Positions 32,794 to 48,453 of a DNA stretch of 64,000 nt are shown here, piece after piece. Numbering within the stretch: the stretch's first letter is position 1; each line of letters opens with the position of its first letter. Source of the stretch: the human T2T-CHM13v2.0 reference genome, Homo sapiens. Location of the stretch: the NCBI RefSeq assembly GCF_009914755.1, contig NC_060941.1. One strand, written 5' to 3'. A program made the position numbers and the translations under genes. The notes below the pieces were generated by a model. It was not told the origin of the DNA. It saw only the letters and a list, made by a program, of their open reading frames with translations, and made no database searches.

Positions 32794-34431
32794 TAAGAGA
32801 TATAACTACCCTCCTTTTCCAATGAGGAAACCGAGAGTCAATGGGGTGAAGTAACTTGCCCAAGGTCAAATGGCTTTCCTCCCCAGGTTTATTTCACTCC
32901 CAAGACCAGGACCTTTCCACAGAGCTGATGAGGACAAGAAATGTCTAAGCTGACAGCAGCCTGAATTATGAGGGCACGCTGCCTTGCTGATCTTCTCTCT
33001 CTGCAAGAAGTCATCTAATAAGAATCTCATTCCTCATTTATTTGTTTTTCCTGTGCTTTCTTATAATTCGTCTTCCCATTTTTCTGGTCAGGAGGAAAAC
33101 CCTGCCTCCAGCCACAGCCCTGAAAATCTCTGAGTTATGGTGGGTTGATGAGAGAGGGATTTGGAAACGAGATTTTGATTCTCCTCCTCTCCGATCTGAG
33201 GCCAGGCAGCATGCTTGCTGTTTAACCGCTGTTAATTAATTGTGTACTATGAGATTAAATATATCTATTAGGCTACTAGCCTTTACCATCATCATTACAA
33301 GTCCATGAATGTTAAAATGTACAGGAGGAATTGTGAAGATTTACTGACATCAAAAGTTCTTCTGGAAACAAACTTTGTAAAAAAAAAAAAAGATGTATTA
33401 AATTATTTTAATTGTGGGAAAAAAAAAACAAGTGGCAAATTTTAGTCTTGTCAGTCTTCCAAAGATCAACACACTCTAGCTTCCCTTCCACCTTGTCTCA
33501 TACACAGGCATTTCTGAGATGAAAGAAGTGGGCCCTGCCATTGAACAGAATTTATGCATTTAAATATTCATCATTTCTGTGAAAAAGAGAAGAAAGTAAG
33601 TATCACCCATAAACCTATAATCTTAGCGCCATCCGTGTTTGAAATTTGGTACATTTTTTTCCCCATCCTTTTTCTTATGCATCAGTTTCATTCAGAGGTG
33701 TTGTCAAATGTCTATTTAATTTCTAACATGCTTTTAAAAAACTTAACATGACAGTATTAGCATTTTCCACACTGCTGCCTGTTTTTTTACACCCATAAAT
33801 GTAAGGACAGGCAAAATTTAAGATTGTAGTGTAATTATGGTGGACATTCGCATGCTGTATGTAGCCTTCCTCTCTCCAAAGGCCAATACGCTTATTATTA
33901 GGAGATGAGCCAAATATTCCTTCTCCCCACTCCACAGAAGCCAGGACAGGGGAACAGGATGTAAGTTCAGCCACATAATGCTTTAAGCCTAGTGAGAGGA
34001 GTGCAAAGGTACAGGAAGATGAAAAATGATTCCGTGTAGAGGTGGCACTGAGGGTGTGTCAATGGCAGCTGGGTGTGAACTGGTGGATCCAGCGGCAGCA
34101 TATAACATCATTCCTGGGGCGTGACCCTGTCTCTCTTCCCACTTCTCAGTCTCTCTTGGTTCCTGCCATTCCCAATCCAGGTTCTTCCTCCTCCTCATAG
34201 ACTTAGAACTCTCTGTTACCTTTTTAATAATTTCCTTTCTGCCTACATTAGCCAGAGGCATATCATAGCCAGAAACTCTATCCCTGGAACTAGGTCTTCA
34301 CAGCTTGGACAGCTGAGTTCATTCATTCTGTTCAGTTAAAAACTATTTATTAAACCTCTACCATGTATCTTGTGCTGCTCTAGGAAGTAGAAATACGGTA
34401 ATAAGAATCAGTTTTAAAAAAATCATCACTC

Positions 34432-34726
34432 AGCTGGGTGTGGTGACTCATGCCTGTAATTTCAGGACTCTGGCAGGTTGAGGCAGGTGGATCACTTGAG
34501 TCCAGGAGTTTGAGACCAGCTTGGGCAACATGGCGAAACCCTGTATCTACAAAAAATACAAAAATAAGCCAGGCATGGTGGCGAGTGCCTGTAGTCCCAG
34601 CTATATAGGAGGCTGAGGTGGGAGGATACTGAGCCCAGGAGGTCAAAGCTGCTGTGAGCCATTGTCATGCTACTGCAGTCCAGCCTGGGTGAGAGAGTGA
34701 GACTCTGTCAAAAAAAAAAAAAAAAA
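34432..34726 (+). mobile_element. AluJ inside an L2 fragment
   Basis: TSD AAAAAAATCA(T/C)CACTC. Confidence 0.9.
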
Positions 34727-34943
34727 ATCACCACTCACATGGAACTTACTTTCTAGTGGAATTCTGGTATGTTTTAATGGAAGATAAGGTTGTATCTGAA
34801 TTACTATTGGTAAAGGTGAGCAAAATTTAGAGTGATGTAAACAGTTAAGGAGAGGTGCTTATAAGGTTCCAAATGGTTAAACTGTATATAAACCCTAGTT
34901 CAGAATGGAAAGCCTGCATGACCTCTACTTGCTTTAAGTTATG

Positions 34944-35291
34944 TAGTCATGTGTCGCTTAACAAAGGAGGCACGTTCTGAAAAATGTGTTGTTAGGAGAT
35001 TTTGTCATTGTATAAACATTATAGAGTACGCTTACACCAACCTAGATGGTATAACCTCCTACACACCTAGGCTATATGGGGTAGCAAATTACTCCCAGGC
35101 TACAAACCTGTACAGCATGTTACTGTACTGCATGCTGTAGGCAATTGTAACACAATGGTAAGTATCTGTATTTCTAAACATATCTAAATATTGAAAAGGT
35201 AGAATAAAAATAAGGTATTATAATCTTATGGGATCACCTTCATGTATGCAGTCTGTCATTGAACAAAACATCATTACGTAGCATATGACTG
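34944..35291 (+). mobile_element. Tigger3a (MER7A) MITE
   Basis: AGTCATG...ATGACTG termini; GGCTACAAACCTGTACAGCATGTTACTG. Confidence 0.85.
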
Positions 35292-35299
35292 TATTTATG

Positions 35300-36110
35300 T
35301 GTTTCCAAACATATCAGCAGTGTATGAAAGTGCTCCTTATCCTGCCTTATTGCTGACATGGGATATTATCAGTAGTTGTTAAATATTTGCTAGACATCAG
35401 GAAGAATAGCTAATGGATGCTGTCCTTGATAGCTGGGTGATGGGTTGGTCTTTCAGCAAATCATCATGGCACGCGTTTATCTATGTAACAAACCTGCACA
35501 TCCTGCACATGTACCCCAGAACTTAAAGTAAAAGTTGAAGGAAAAGAAAAATATTTGCTACAATGATTTTTGTCTCTTTAGAGTTTAAAAAAAGGTGAGC
35601 ATATTTTCATGTTTGCTCATGGTTTGTTTCTTTTTGGGTAATTTGTTTTCTTTACCTCATTTTGTTTTCTGTTGAGATGTTTGCCCATTTCTTGTTGATT
35701 GGCAATAACTCTATAGTCTAGATATTATTTCTTTATCTATCATATTTGCTGCAAATATTTCTCCCAGCCTATTATTGGTTCGTTTTAACTTTGTGGTATC
35801 TTTTGTAGTGCAGATTTTTTTTATTTTTGTGTAGCCAAATCTGTCAAATCTTCTCATTTTTACCTTCTCAGTTTTATGTCTTGCCCAGAAAGGCTTAGCT
35901 TTAGAATTATAAAAACATTTTCTAATGCTTTTATAGTCTTGTGCTTTATCTTTAGGTATTTAATACATCTAGAATTCATTTTTGTAAGTGGTATGAAGGA
36001 GGAATCTAACCTCTTTTTTTAAATGGAAAGCCCCAACACAGTTTAGTAAATACTGATTCTTTTTGTCCTCCCCTTCAAAAATGCTACACGTACGCTATAT
36101 GCCCTCATAT
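35300..36110 (-). mobile_element. Old L1M fragment
   Basis: TTGCTGCAAATATTTCTCCCAG and other antisense ORF2 motifs. Confidence 0.6.
35393..35548 (+). mobile_element. Severely truncated older L1PA 3' end
   Basis: AACAAACCTGCACATCCTGCACATGTACCCC; perfect 12-bp TSD AAATATTTGCTA. Confidence 0.9.
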
Positions 36111-37929
36111 TCATGCTTCTGTTTCTGGGATGAAAAGAATGAATTCTAACATGCAACTAACTCCAAATCAATATTTCTTATGGAGATATGCAATTTCCCA
36201 ATATGAAAACCAAACTAACTCACCCAACTCAGATTATTCTTTTGATTTCATACCTTCAGCATTGTGGCTGGTTTTCTTTCTCACATGCATGTTACCCGGG
36301 GTTGCTCCTGAAACAGTTTACCATATAAATAGACTTCATTTCCCCAGCAAACGAAGGCAGGTCTGGTAGTTTTTTCTGTTTCACATATTCCCCAACCCTA
36401 TAGGGTTTTACATGGAGCTACAAATTAGCCAATTTCAACAGACTTTGCTTTTGGAATATTCTTTATGCCTTGTTCTCATTTGCTTCCAGGAGAAATCATA
36501 ATATTAAGGATTCTTAGGAGTGAGAAGGAGACATAATATATTCTAATAATATTAGAGTCACACGCACATAGGAATCACATAGATTCCTTGGTTTCATCCC
36601 TAAAGTTTCTGATTTATTGGTGTAAGATTTAGCCCTAGAATTTGCACTTAAAAAAAATCAGGCCTTTGCTCTTCCTGCAGCCTACTCTGTTATTTGTAAA
36701 TAAGACAGCAATTGGGCAACCAGAGCTGTGAGAAAAAAAAAACTGGTATAGCAAGTGATTCTTTAGGGCCACTGTTGCTATTTTAATAACAAAGGATGCT
36801 ACAAATAAACCCTTCAGTCCTGTCATTTCCAAGGCCATTTTGACATTTATTTCAATAAATAACAACAAATTATTTCAATAAATAACAACAATAATAAATA
36901 GCAACAAGCTGGAGGTGTCTTTCTAACTAAATGAATCAGCAAGGCCTCCCCGCAAAAAGAAAAAGGAAAATCCAAAAGCACCAGATTATAAACATCACTG
37001 TTGAGTGTCTTTCAGAGTGAATGGAGATTATGCCATTACACCCACACACTTCTCTCTCTTCTAAAGGCACCATCCGCGGAAAGATTCTGATGCTAACATC
37101 AGTCAGTTGTTGTGGAAGATGACCTAGAATGAACCATTGCTTCTTTTTCTACCGTCTATTCTGGAAATTATTAACAGATAGATTCCCGAGCCAGAAGTTG
37201 AGAAAACACTGGGAGGTTGTTTATTCTGATCTGGATTTTTAGAGATGCAAATGCAGCAAAGGAGTTATGAACATAATGAAGGGAATCACAGTATTTTAAC
37301 CAGCCATCTGTACATCAAGGCCTCATTGTGTCTTCCTGAAAAAAGGTAAATGGGTGCTCTATTTGTCAAGAGAGGAGAAGTGACTTCTGGAATCTTTACT
37401 TCTGATAACTCAAGTCCAGACCCAGCAAATTAGTTCATTTATAAAGCATCTCATTTCTCAGTGCCAATGCATATGCCCATAACCACCCTTGTCTCAGCAC
37501 AAATATACATGCAAATGCATGCACATAAGTTGTGCTGCTTTTGTTTTCACAGTTGCAAAATGATTGCTGTACCCAAAATTGCATTCCTATTTAAGGCAGG
37601 AAGAAGGGGGGAGGGCAAAAGGATAAAAACTCAAGCCAGTTGGGTCCATTCTTAACAAGAGCTCTTCCGGAAGCCTGTCTAGCAACTTCCATTTGCATCT
37701 CCGCTGTTGAGTCCAGCAACACGGATAGCTGGGGATAATGACTATTGCAGTAGGGAATATTCTATCTTGAATATGAAGATGGGGATGCGGTGGGTAGGTA
37801 AAAAGGGGAGAATGAATACCGATAGTTAAGTAGCAGTGTCTGCCTTGGTTTACCCCAAGTATTTCTCAAACCTATCCAATTTTCTCCTTCCCTACCGCCA
37901 ACATCCCAGTGAAACCACAATCCACTCTC

Positions 37930-38945
37930 AGCTGGACATTCTTCTAACTGGTCTTCCTGCACAGCAAAAGGATGTTTATCTTTTAAAACTTACATCTATT
38001 ATGCTGCTTTGCTGGTTAAAACTTATAATGTCTTCCTATATTAGTTAGAATAAAATCTGCACATGTTTTTATGACTTAAAATGCCCACATGACTTGATAT
38101 CTCCCACTTATTTTTTCCCTTCTTTCCTCCTGGTTTGTGATAGTCCAGGCACGTTGGCCTCCCTGCAGTGCTTTAAGCATGTCATGCTCTTTCCTATCTT
38201 AGGGCCTATGTACTTGTTTCTCCCTCTGCCTGCCTTCTCTCATTCTTCAACTTTTTGTTCAATGTCACTTTTTTTTTTGACCATCCCATCTGGAACACTG
38301 TGATGGTTTTTTTGATGTGTCAACTTGGCTAAACTACAGTCTCCAGTTCACAAACAAACAAACAAACACGAGCTTAGGCTTTGCTGTGAAGATCTTTTGT
38401 AGATGTGATTAAAGTCCATAATCAGTTGACTTGAAAAAAGGATGATTATCCTAGATCATCTCAGTGGGCCTGTTTCAATCAGTTGAAGGGACTTAAAAGC
38501 AGAACCAAGGCTTCCCTGAAGAAGAAATTCCACCTGTGAACAGCAGCTTCAATCCATTCCTAAAGTGCCAGCCTGCCCTGTGGATTTCGAAGCTACCTAG
38601 GCAGGTCCCACAACTGAGTAAATCGATTCCATGCAATAAATCTCTTAATATACATCTCCTACTGGTTCTGCTTTCCGGGTTAAACCCTGATCGATAACAA
38701 TCCTCCTCCTCCCACCTACTAGTTGATCTTTATCAAACTGCCCCATTTATTTATTCAAAAGCACTGCTCTTCTGAAAAATTCTCTTGCTCATTTATACAT
38801 TTTCTGTTCTGTTTTTTTGTCTTCCCTACTCGGATGTCTGCTCCATGAAGGCAGAATCAGTGCCTACCACATTCAACACTGTAGAACAATACATAGCCCA
38901 TAGTCCATGGTCACTAAATATTTGTGGAAAGAAAGAATGAATGGG
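37930..38945 (+). mobile_element. L2 3' region split by an MLT2-type LTR (38299-38699)
   Basis: L2 CTCCATGAAGGCAG...TAAATATTTGTGGAA; MLT2 start TGTGATGG...ATGTGTCAACTTGGCTA. Confidence 0.75.
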
Positions 38946-39006
38946 AATCTAGTAATAAAATCTGGCCCAACAATTCACTCCCAGGTTACATTAAATTACA
39001 CTTCTT

Positions 39007-39308
<302 letters not shown>

Positions 39309-40319
39309 ACACTTCTCAGTTATAACTGCAGAAATTATTTGACAAGACTGTAAGGAAAAATATTTGAGGATATTGATTATATTGGGAACTAACATAAATA
39401 TTCACTGATAGGACATCTGTTAAATGCATTGTGGTACATTCATTCACTGAAATGCTATACAACTACTGAAAATGAAAAGGTAGCTCTATATGTGTGGATA
39501 AGAAAATAATTTCAACAAATGCTACTAAGTGAAGAAAAGAGGCTGTTAGACCACATGTATGGTAATTAATCTTCACAAGTATTTAAAAGAAAAAGATAAC
39601 ATGAGAAACACACATTTTCAAATGGCTGCTTCATGAAATATACTTGTGACTAACAAAAACCCTAAGATAGCTTAAAGTATGAAAGATGGTGAAATCTGCT
39701 GTCTAAGTCATTGAGAAGAATTATAAAATGTAATGTTTAAGGAAAGTTCAGACAGATGGAGTAACTGTTTCTTTTCCTTTTTCCTAGGGCTCTGTGTTTG
39801 TTATGTGATGGCTGGGGTGGTAGGTTGTATAAACATCATGCTTTCCTTCTCCTCTCTTCTCAAAATATCACAGGGATGTAATCGATGACTTTTCTGGCTA
39901 CAGTGTATTACTTATTTGGAATATTCACATCTGGATCAATTGTCAGCACGTTTCTTGGTTGTTGCTTTATTCATTCATGTATTCAACTAATATGTTGAAC
40001 TAAGCACCCTGGTTGGGCATCGAGCATAGGAAAGTACCTTCATGAGATAGTTTCTCTCTTCAAGGAGTGTTATAATTTACGCCCGAGCATCACTCACATT
40101 GTGAAACCCACATATTACTCCAAACAATTGTTAGAAGATGATAGGGCAGGTTCTGTTACATTCAGAAAACCCCAAGAGGCTCAATGACTTATCTGGGAGA
40201 ACCTGGAATTGTCTCTTAATTGGCATTCAGTGCTCATTGAAAGCCAGCTCACAGGCCCTTTCTTTCATCCCAGAAAGTGATTCCAGGTTTTTCCTTTGGC
40301 TCTTTTATAGAAGGGTGCC

Positions 40320-42143
40320 TCTTATGGGTTTAATTGTGTCTCTGCAAAAATTCATTTGTTGAAGTCCTAGCTCCCATCATCTCAGAATGTGACCTTATTT
40401 AGAAACAGGGTGGTTGCAGATGTAATTAGTTGAGCTGATGTCATACTGGAGTAGAGTGGGTCCCTAATCCAATATGACAGGTGTCCTAATGAAAAAGAGA
40501 AAGGCTGGGTGTGGTGGCTCCCATCTGTAATCCCAGCACTCTGGGAGGCCGAGGCGGAAGGATCACTTGAGGTGGAAGGATAGCTTGAGGCCAGGAGTTT
40601 GAGACCAGAAGTTTGAAACCAGGAGTTTGAGACCAGCATGGGCAACGTAGTGAAATCCCATCTCTACAAAAAAATTAAAAAATTAACTGGGCATTGTGGC
40701 AGGCACCTGTAGTTCCAGCTACTTGGGAGGCAGAGGCAGGCGGATAGCTTGAGACTGGGACGGGGGGGATGCAATGAGGTGTGCTTGTGCCACTGCACTC
40801 CAGCCTGGGCAACAGAGTGAGATCCTGTCTCAGAAAAAGCGGGGGAGAAATTTGGACACGGACACTCAGGCACACAGGGAGAGCACCGTGTGAAGGTAAA
40901 GGCAGGATAGGGGTAACGCAGTAGAAGCCAATGTGCACCCAAGACTGCCAGCAAGCTGCCAGAAGCGAGGGGAGAGGCAGGGAACACTTCCTCCCTCACA
41001 GCCTCAGAAGGAACCAAGCCTGCCGACACCTTGATCTAGACTTCTGGCCTCCAGAACTGGGAGACAATACCGTTCTTTTTACCTTTACTTTATTGAAAAA
41101 GTGTTTTAATTTTTTTTAACTTTTATTTTAGGTTTGGAGATACATTTGAAGGTTTGTCACAAAGGTAAACTCTTGTCATGGAAATTTGTTGTCCAGATTA
41201 TTTCACCATCCAGGTATTAAGCCCAATACCCAATAGTTATCTTTTCTGCTCCTCTCCCTCCTCCCATCCTCCCCGCTCAAGCCCAATACCCAATAGTTAC
41301 CTTTTCTGCTCCTCTCTCCTCCCACCCTCCCGCCTCAAGTAGACCCCAGCGTCTGTTGTTCCCTTCTTTGTGTTCATAAGTTCTTATCATTTAGCTCCCA
41401 CTTATAAGTGAGAATGTGTGGTATTTGGTTTTCCATTCCTGCGTGAGTCTGATAAGGATAATAGCCTCCAGCTCCATCCATGTTCCTGCAAAAGCCATGA
41501 TCTCATTCTTTTTTACGGCTGCATAGTATCCCATGGTGTTTGTGTACCACATTTTCTTTATCCAGTCTGCCATTGATGGGCATTTAAGTTGATTCCATGT
41601 CTTTGTTATTGTGAATAATGCTGCAGTGAACATTCACGTGCATGTGTCTTTATGACAGAATGATTTATATTCCTCTGTGTATATACCTGGTAATGGGATT
41701 GCTGGGTCGAATGGTAGTTCTGCGTTTAGCAATTTGAGGAATCACGATACTGCTTTCCACAACGGTTTAACTAATTTACACTCCCACCAACAGTGTGTAA
41801 GTGTTCTTTTTCGCTGCAACCTTGCCAGCATTTACTTTTTGACATTTTAATCATTGCCATTCTGACTGGTGTGAGATGGTATCTCCTTGTGGTTTTGATT
41901 TGCGTTTCTCTAATGATCAGTGATATTGAGCCTTTCTTCATACGCTTCTTGGCCACATGCGTGTCTTCTTTTGAGAAATGTCTGTTCATATCCTTTGCCC
42001 ACTTTTTAAGGTTTTTTTTTTCTTGTAAATTTGTTTAAGTTCCTTATAGATGCTGGATATTAGACCTTTGAGATAATAGACTTCTGTTGTTCTAAGTCAC
42101 CCAGGTTTTGGTACTTTGCATGGCAGCCCTAGGAAACTAAAAC
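40320..42143 (+). mobile_element. MLT1C-like LTR split by an AluJ (40503-40838) and an L1PA
   Basis: Three collinear MLT1 pieces ending GGCAGCCCTAGGAAACTAA. Confidence 0.82.
41076..42069 (-). mobile_element. L1PA15/16-like 3' fragment
   Basis: ORF2 C-terminal translations 41391-41633 and 41771-41989; degenerate TSD GAGA(C/T)AATA..TTCT. Confidence 0.88.
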
Positions 42144-42284
42144 TATAACAAATCTTATTTCTTAGAAAATATATGATTTTTCACTATTGCTGACTGAACC
42201 AAAAAAAACAGTTTTGAGGCTAGATCATTTGGAGACTAGTCATTAACATTGATTTAATATTTGATTCAATGAAAAGCAATTTTT

Positions 42285-43805
<1,521 letters not shown>

Positions 43806-44964
43806 TGGCAGCAAACTTCCTCAACACCTCCTCAATCAAGCGCTGTGTGCTAACTGTTTAAGGGCTCTAACTGTATGATACTTCTTAGTTGTCTGTAAGG
43901 AATAGCTAGTCTAAGGAGGAATAGGAAGAGATAAGAAAAGCAGACACATTCACATAAGACACTACTGTAATAGAAGTTCAGATGTTACTGGATTTAAGCA
44001 ACAAGCAAATTAATTCTGTGTCATCTAGGCTTTAAACACTGGTGAGATTCTGACAGGTCTAAATTGTTGGGAGAAGGAGGGAGGACATTTAAGGGAGAAA
44101 ATTTCAAAGTGGTTTCATTTTACGTGAGCCTGAGTTAGAGGAATTTGAAAATATGATGCATAGGTATATTAATGGAGTTTCATTTACTGTACAAATGTGG
44201 AATTATTCTCATTTCTCAAATAAAAAAAGCCAATTTATTCTATAACTTCCAAGCTGGAGGGCTGAGTGAATAATAAAATGTGTTTGAATTTTTGTGAAAC
44301 GTTGATGCATCTTTTCCTGGTTAAGCAAAATACTCACTATTCCACATCACTATTATTTAGTCCAGATACCAATCTGTTGTTTATGGGTATTGAAAATTCT
44401 GATCGTGGTGATTGCTGTGTTGCCATTTTAATATTTACAGTTATTATAATTTTTAAATCTTTTATATAGTGTGAAATAATATTATCTAGACTTTTATTTT
44501 GTGCAGGTGCTAAGCCTGATACAAAAAATGTGCCTAAAAATGTCAATAACTTTGGAAAGCTAGATGTATTAAAATGCCTGAAGGAGACCAAGCAGTGGTT
44601 ATGATAACTGTAATAGTAATTTAGAAGAATGCATTAGAGCTAATGTTGAGAAAAAATAAAACAGAGTATGGTAGGTACACCTTAGGTTCACAAAATTCTG
44701 TAATTGGACAAAATTATGGTGAAAATGAGGAAACTGATGGCTACATATCTGTAAGAATAATTTTGCTTTTAACTGTATATACTCCAAACATTATATATGT
44801 TCCTGCAGGACAATTGGTCCTAAGATATGTTAATTGAAGAAAGAAATTTCTGGCATAAAATGTGACTATCTCTAGCTTGGAAGTCAACTTAAAGTGGGAA
44901 GTAGTAGAGGTAAGAAGAGCACAGAGGAGTGGAAGCTAAGAATAGGAAAGGGTGCAAGAAGCAC

Positions 44965-45348
<384 letters not shown>

Positions 45349-46544
45349 TTACCAGGCAACAGGGGAACCTCTGAAAGGGTTAGAGCAGGCCAGTGACACT
45401 GTGCCTGAGATGGTAGATGCTCAGTGAAGTTGAGTGTTGAGTGAATGATTGGTCAGAACCACCCTGGAGAAAATTGTTAGTACCTTTACAGGGAAGATAA
45501 TAGGTAAGATGTACCTAGGGTCCTGAGATCCAACAGGAGTGAGCTCATGAAATTCCTCTTCGGCCAAAGTAAAGTGCCCCCCAGGCTTCCACTGCTTTCA
45601 AAGAAACAGCAGTGACTGGCTCTTGCTCTTGATTCCTGGAATCTCAGAATTCTGGGAAATTGGGAAAATCAGGAAATGTGAAATACATTTGGTTCATATA
45701 AATGGCAACTCTTTTTTTTTCTTCTAATAAGTGTTTGTTGCTGGTAGAATCACACAGCTGTTTCCTAAATCAAAGATCAATTTGTTATATTATTTTTACT
45801 AGTGGCTTAGGGGTAATTGTTTCTGGAAAACATCTGTTCTATAATTAGAAAACAAAGATTTATTTTCCCTGACTGGGTGTAATTACTTTTGGGGACCGAG
45901 GGAAAGCTTTAGAATTGCCATGTCAATTCAAAGAGGATTGTTTGCAGTGAAATATGTCCTTTTAATTTTTCTTAAGTAGCTCGGAGGCTGGAAGAAAATG
46001 CATGTTTATTAGCATTGTATAGGCTGTAATAGAATAAAGCAAAATTCCCAGATGTGTATGGGCTTGTTAATACAAATAACTCCAGTGATTTCAACTCAGT
46101 CAATTACAAAGAATTCCATTTTTGAAAAGAAATGAATGGATATCAGAGTGTTAAGGGCCTTTCCTGGCAAGTCCATAGATAGTTCTAATTCTAATTCTCT
46201 AATTAGAATTAGATTGATTGCCCCTTTGGCAAGCAAAGACTCTTACAGATGCCAGGGACTTACTCTGATTTGCTTTTTGTGGTGACGTAGGGTGGATTTG
46301 AGCTCACATGATTCCGTGCACCCTAAGAGAGTCCTGCTCTGAGGCTTGATTTTCAGCCCTGTCTTCTGCTTGCGAACGTGTCGCCCTCCACCCCATCCCT
46401 GCCACCCCTCACCACTGTACCCTGAGCTCTCACTCATTTCTGCAGTTCTCCTGATATTACATCCAAGCCCTGATTACATGCTGTTCATTGAGTCACTTGA
46501 CCTTCCCAGTCTCAATTGTACCCTGATGTCACCAGTTTCCTATT

Positions 46545-46950
46545 GACATATGTGACAACATAAATGAATCTCAAAATAAACTATGTTGAGTGAAAGAAGC
46601 AAGGTGAAAGAGTACATGCTATTTTGTGGCATTTATACAAAACTCTAGAAAATATAAACTCATCTGTAGTGACGGAAAGATCTGTGCTTGCTTGGGGCTG
46701 GGACTGGAGAAGACCAGGAAGGAGAAATTCCAAAAGGAAACTTTTGAGGGGGATGGATGTGTTTGCAATCTTCATTGTGGTGACGGTTTCATGAGTTGTG
46801 TACATGTGTCAAAACTTATCAACTCGTATACTTCATCTTAAAGTCTGTTTAGTCTGATGTTAGTATGCCATGCCAGCTCTCTTATGGTTGAAATTGTATA
46901 CTTTAAATATGTTCAATTGATTGTATGGTGATTATACCTTAATAAGGCAT
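46545..46950 (+). mobile_element. Old L1MC/ME 3' end
   Basis: ATGAATCTCAAAATAAACTATGTTGAGTGAAAGAAGC...TTATACCTTAATAA. Confidence 0.75.
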
Positions 46951-48453
46951 TTTTCTTTTTCTTTTAGAATAACCCAGTGGAAATCTCTCACATAAGAAGT
47001 GATAGAACTACACATCTGAGTGTAGGACGATCTGATTCTAAAGTCCGTGCCCTTGACTACTTAGTAATTATTGCTTCTTCTGTAATGCAAATAGCCACTT
47101 TGTGTATTTGGTATGGCTGAACTTCTTTAATATTGGAAGGTTTGGGAACAGGGAATAAGGTTCTTTCCCATACCTCTGATGGGGGGGGAATATTAGAGTT
47201 TCTGCAGAGTAATTTGGTGATGTCTTGAAAGCTTTATGAATGCACATATGCTTTCATTTATCAATTCCATATATAGGAACCCATCTTAAGGAAGTAAGAA
47301 TAAATTTCTGCAAAAACTTATTTACAGGCATAATAAGCACAATTTGTTTCATAAAAATGAAAACTTGGAAAATTAATCTGTACCATGCAGCCATTGACAT
47401 TATTTTAGTAGAAGAATATTTCCTAACATAGAAAAACATTCAGAGTATATGATTATGCAAATAGATCCATTTTAATAAAATGTATAAGTTATCTGTGTGA
47501 AGAAAAAAGTCTGGAAGTAGGTTTTAAATGGTAATATGGTAGTTACTTCTGAGAGAGGAGTACAGATAATGGGCGATTTTAATTCTATCCTTTGTGCTTT
47601 TTTTATATTTTCCACATTTTTCACAAATGGCTATGCAGTGATTTCATTTATCAGATAAAACCATAAGTAGGTACCACTTAAAGAGAAGGTATACCTGTGT
47701 GTAAGTTTGCTTTCTTGGGTGCTCTTAAACTTCTGGATATTTCCTTGGATGTAGTCATCCATTAGGATAGATGGAGGAACATCCCGGGTGTGGGTGCATA
47801 TTTATAATGACACTGAGTATACAAGTGTGGTTTTTAGGATTAGAAAACCCAATCGTTCAAAGAAGGAGTGTTCCTACCTGAGTCAGGTAGAAACCAGGTA
47901 ACTGGACCAGCAAGGTAATTGTGGCAGAGAACTCGTGATTGGGAAAGAGATCACATCTTATCCTGATGGAGCTCCCTTGCCCAGATCAAGGGCAGGGCCT
48001 GTATAAATAGGGCTTTTGGATAAATTGCTGCCCCTATACACTAGCCCGCCATTGAGTGTGCAAACTCACCCCTTCACTGCCATGAAGTTGCTTTACCTCC
48101 TAGCTCTTTTTGAGACCTTGAGATGCGGTCGTCACACCATGTCTCACTTTACCATCAGCCTTGGTCTCTGCCATGTGGCTGCAGATGCTCTGCTACCTTC
48201 CTACACATACTGTTCCTCTCACTTGGCTCTTCCTTTCTTTCTCTCCCACTCAGCCTTACCCTGTGTCCTCTGGAATTTCTGTGCTTGACCTTCAAATTCC
48301 CCTACATTCTCTATCTTTTTACACACTGCTTTTCTTTGGCATTAAAACTTATGTTTATCCAATCAGAAAAAAATGTCTCCTTCTACATATCCAAATATCC
48401 ATTGGACTCTAACATTTCCATATTCCATAGAAAACACATATAGTTCCTTCCTG

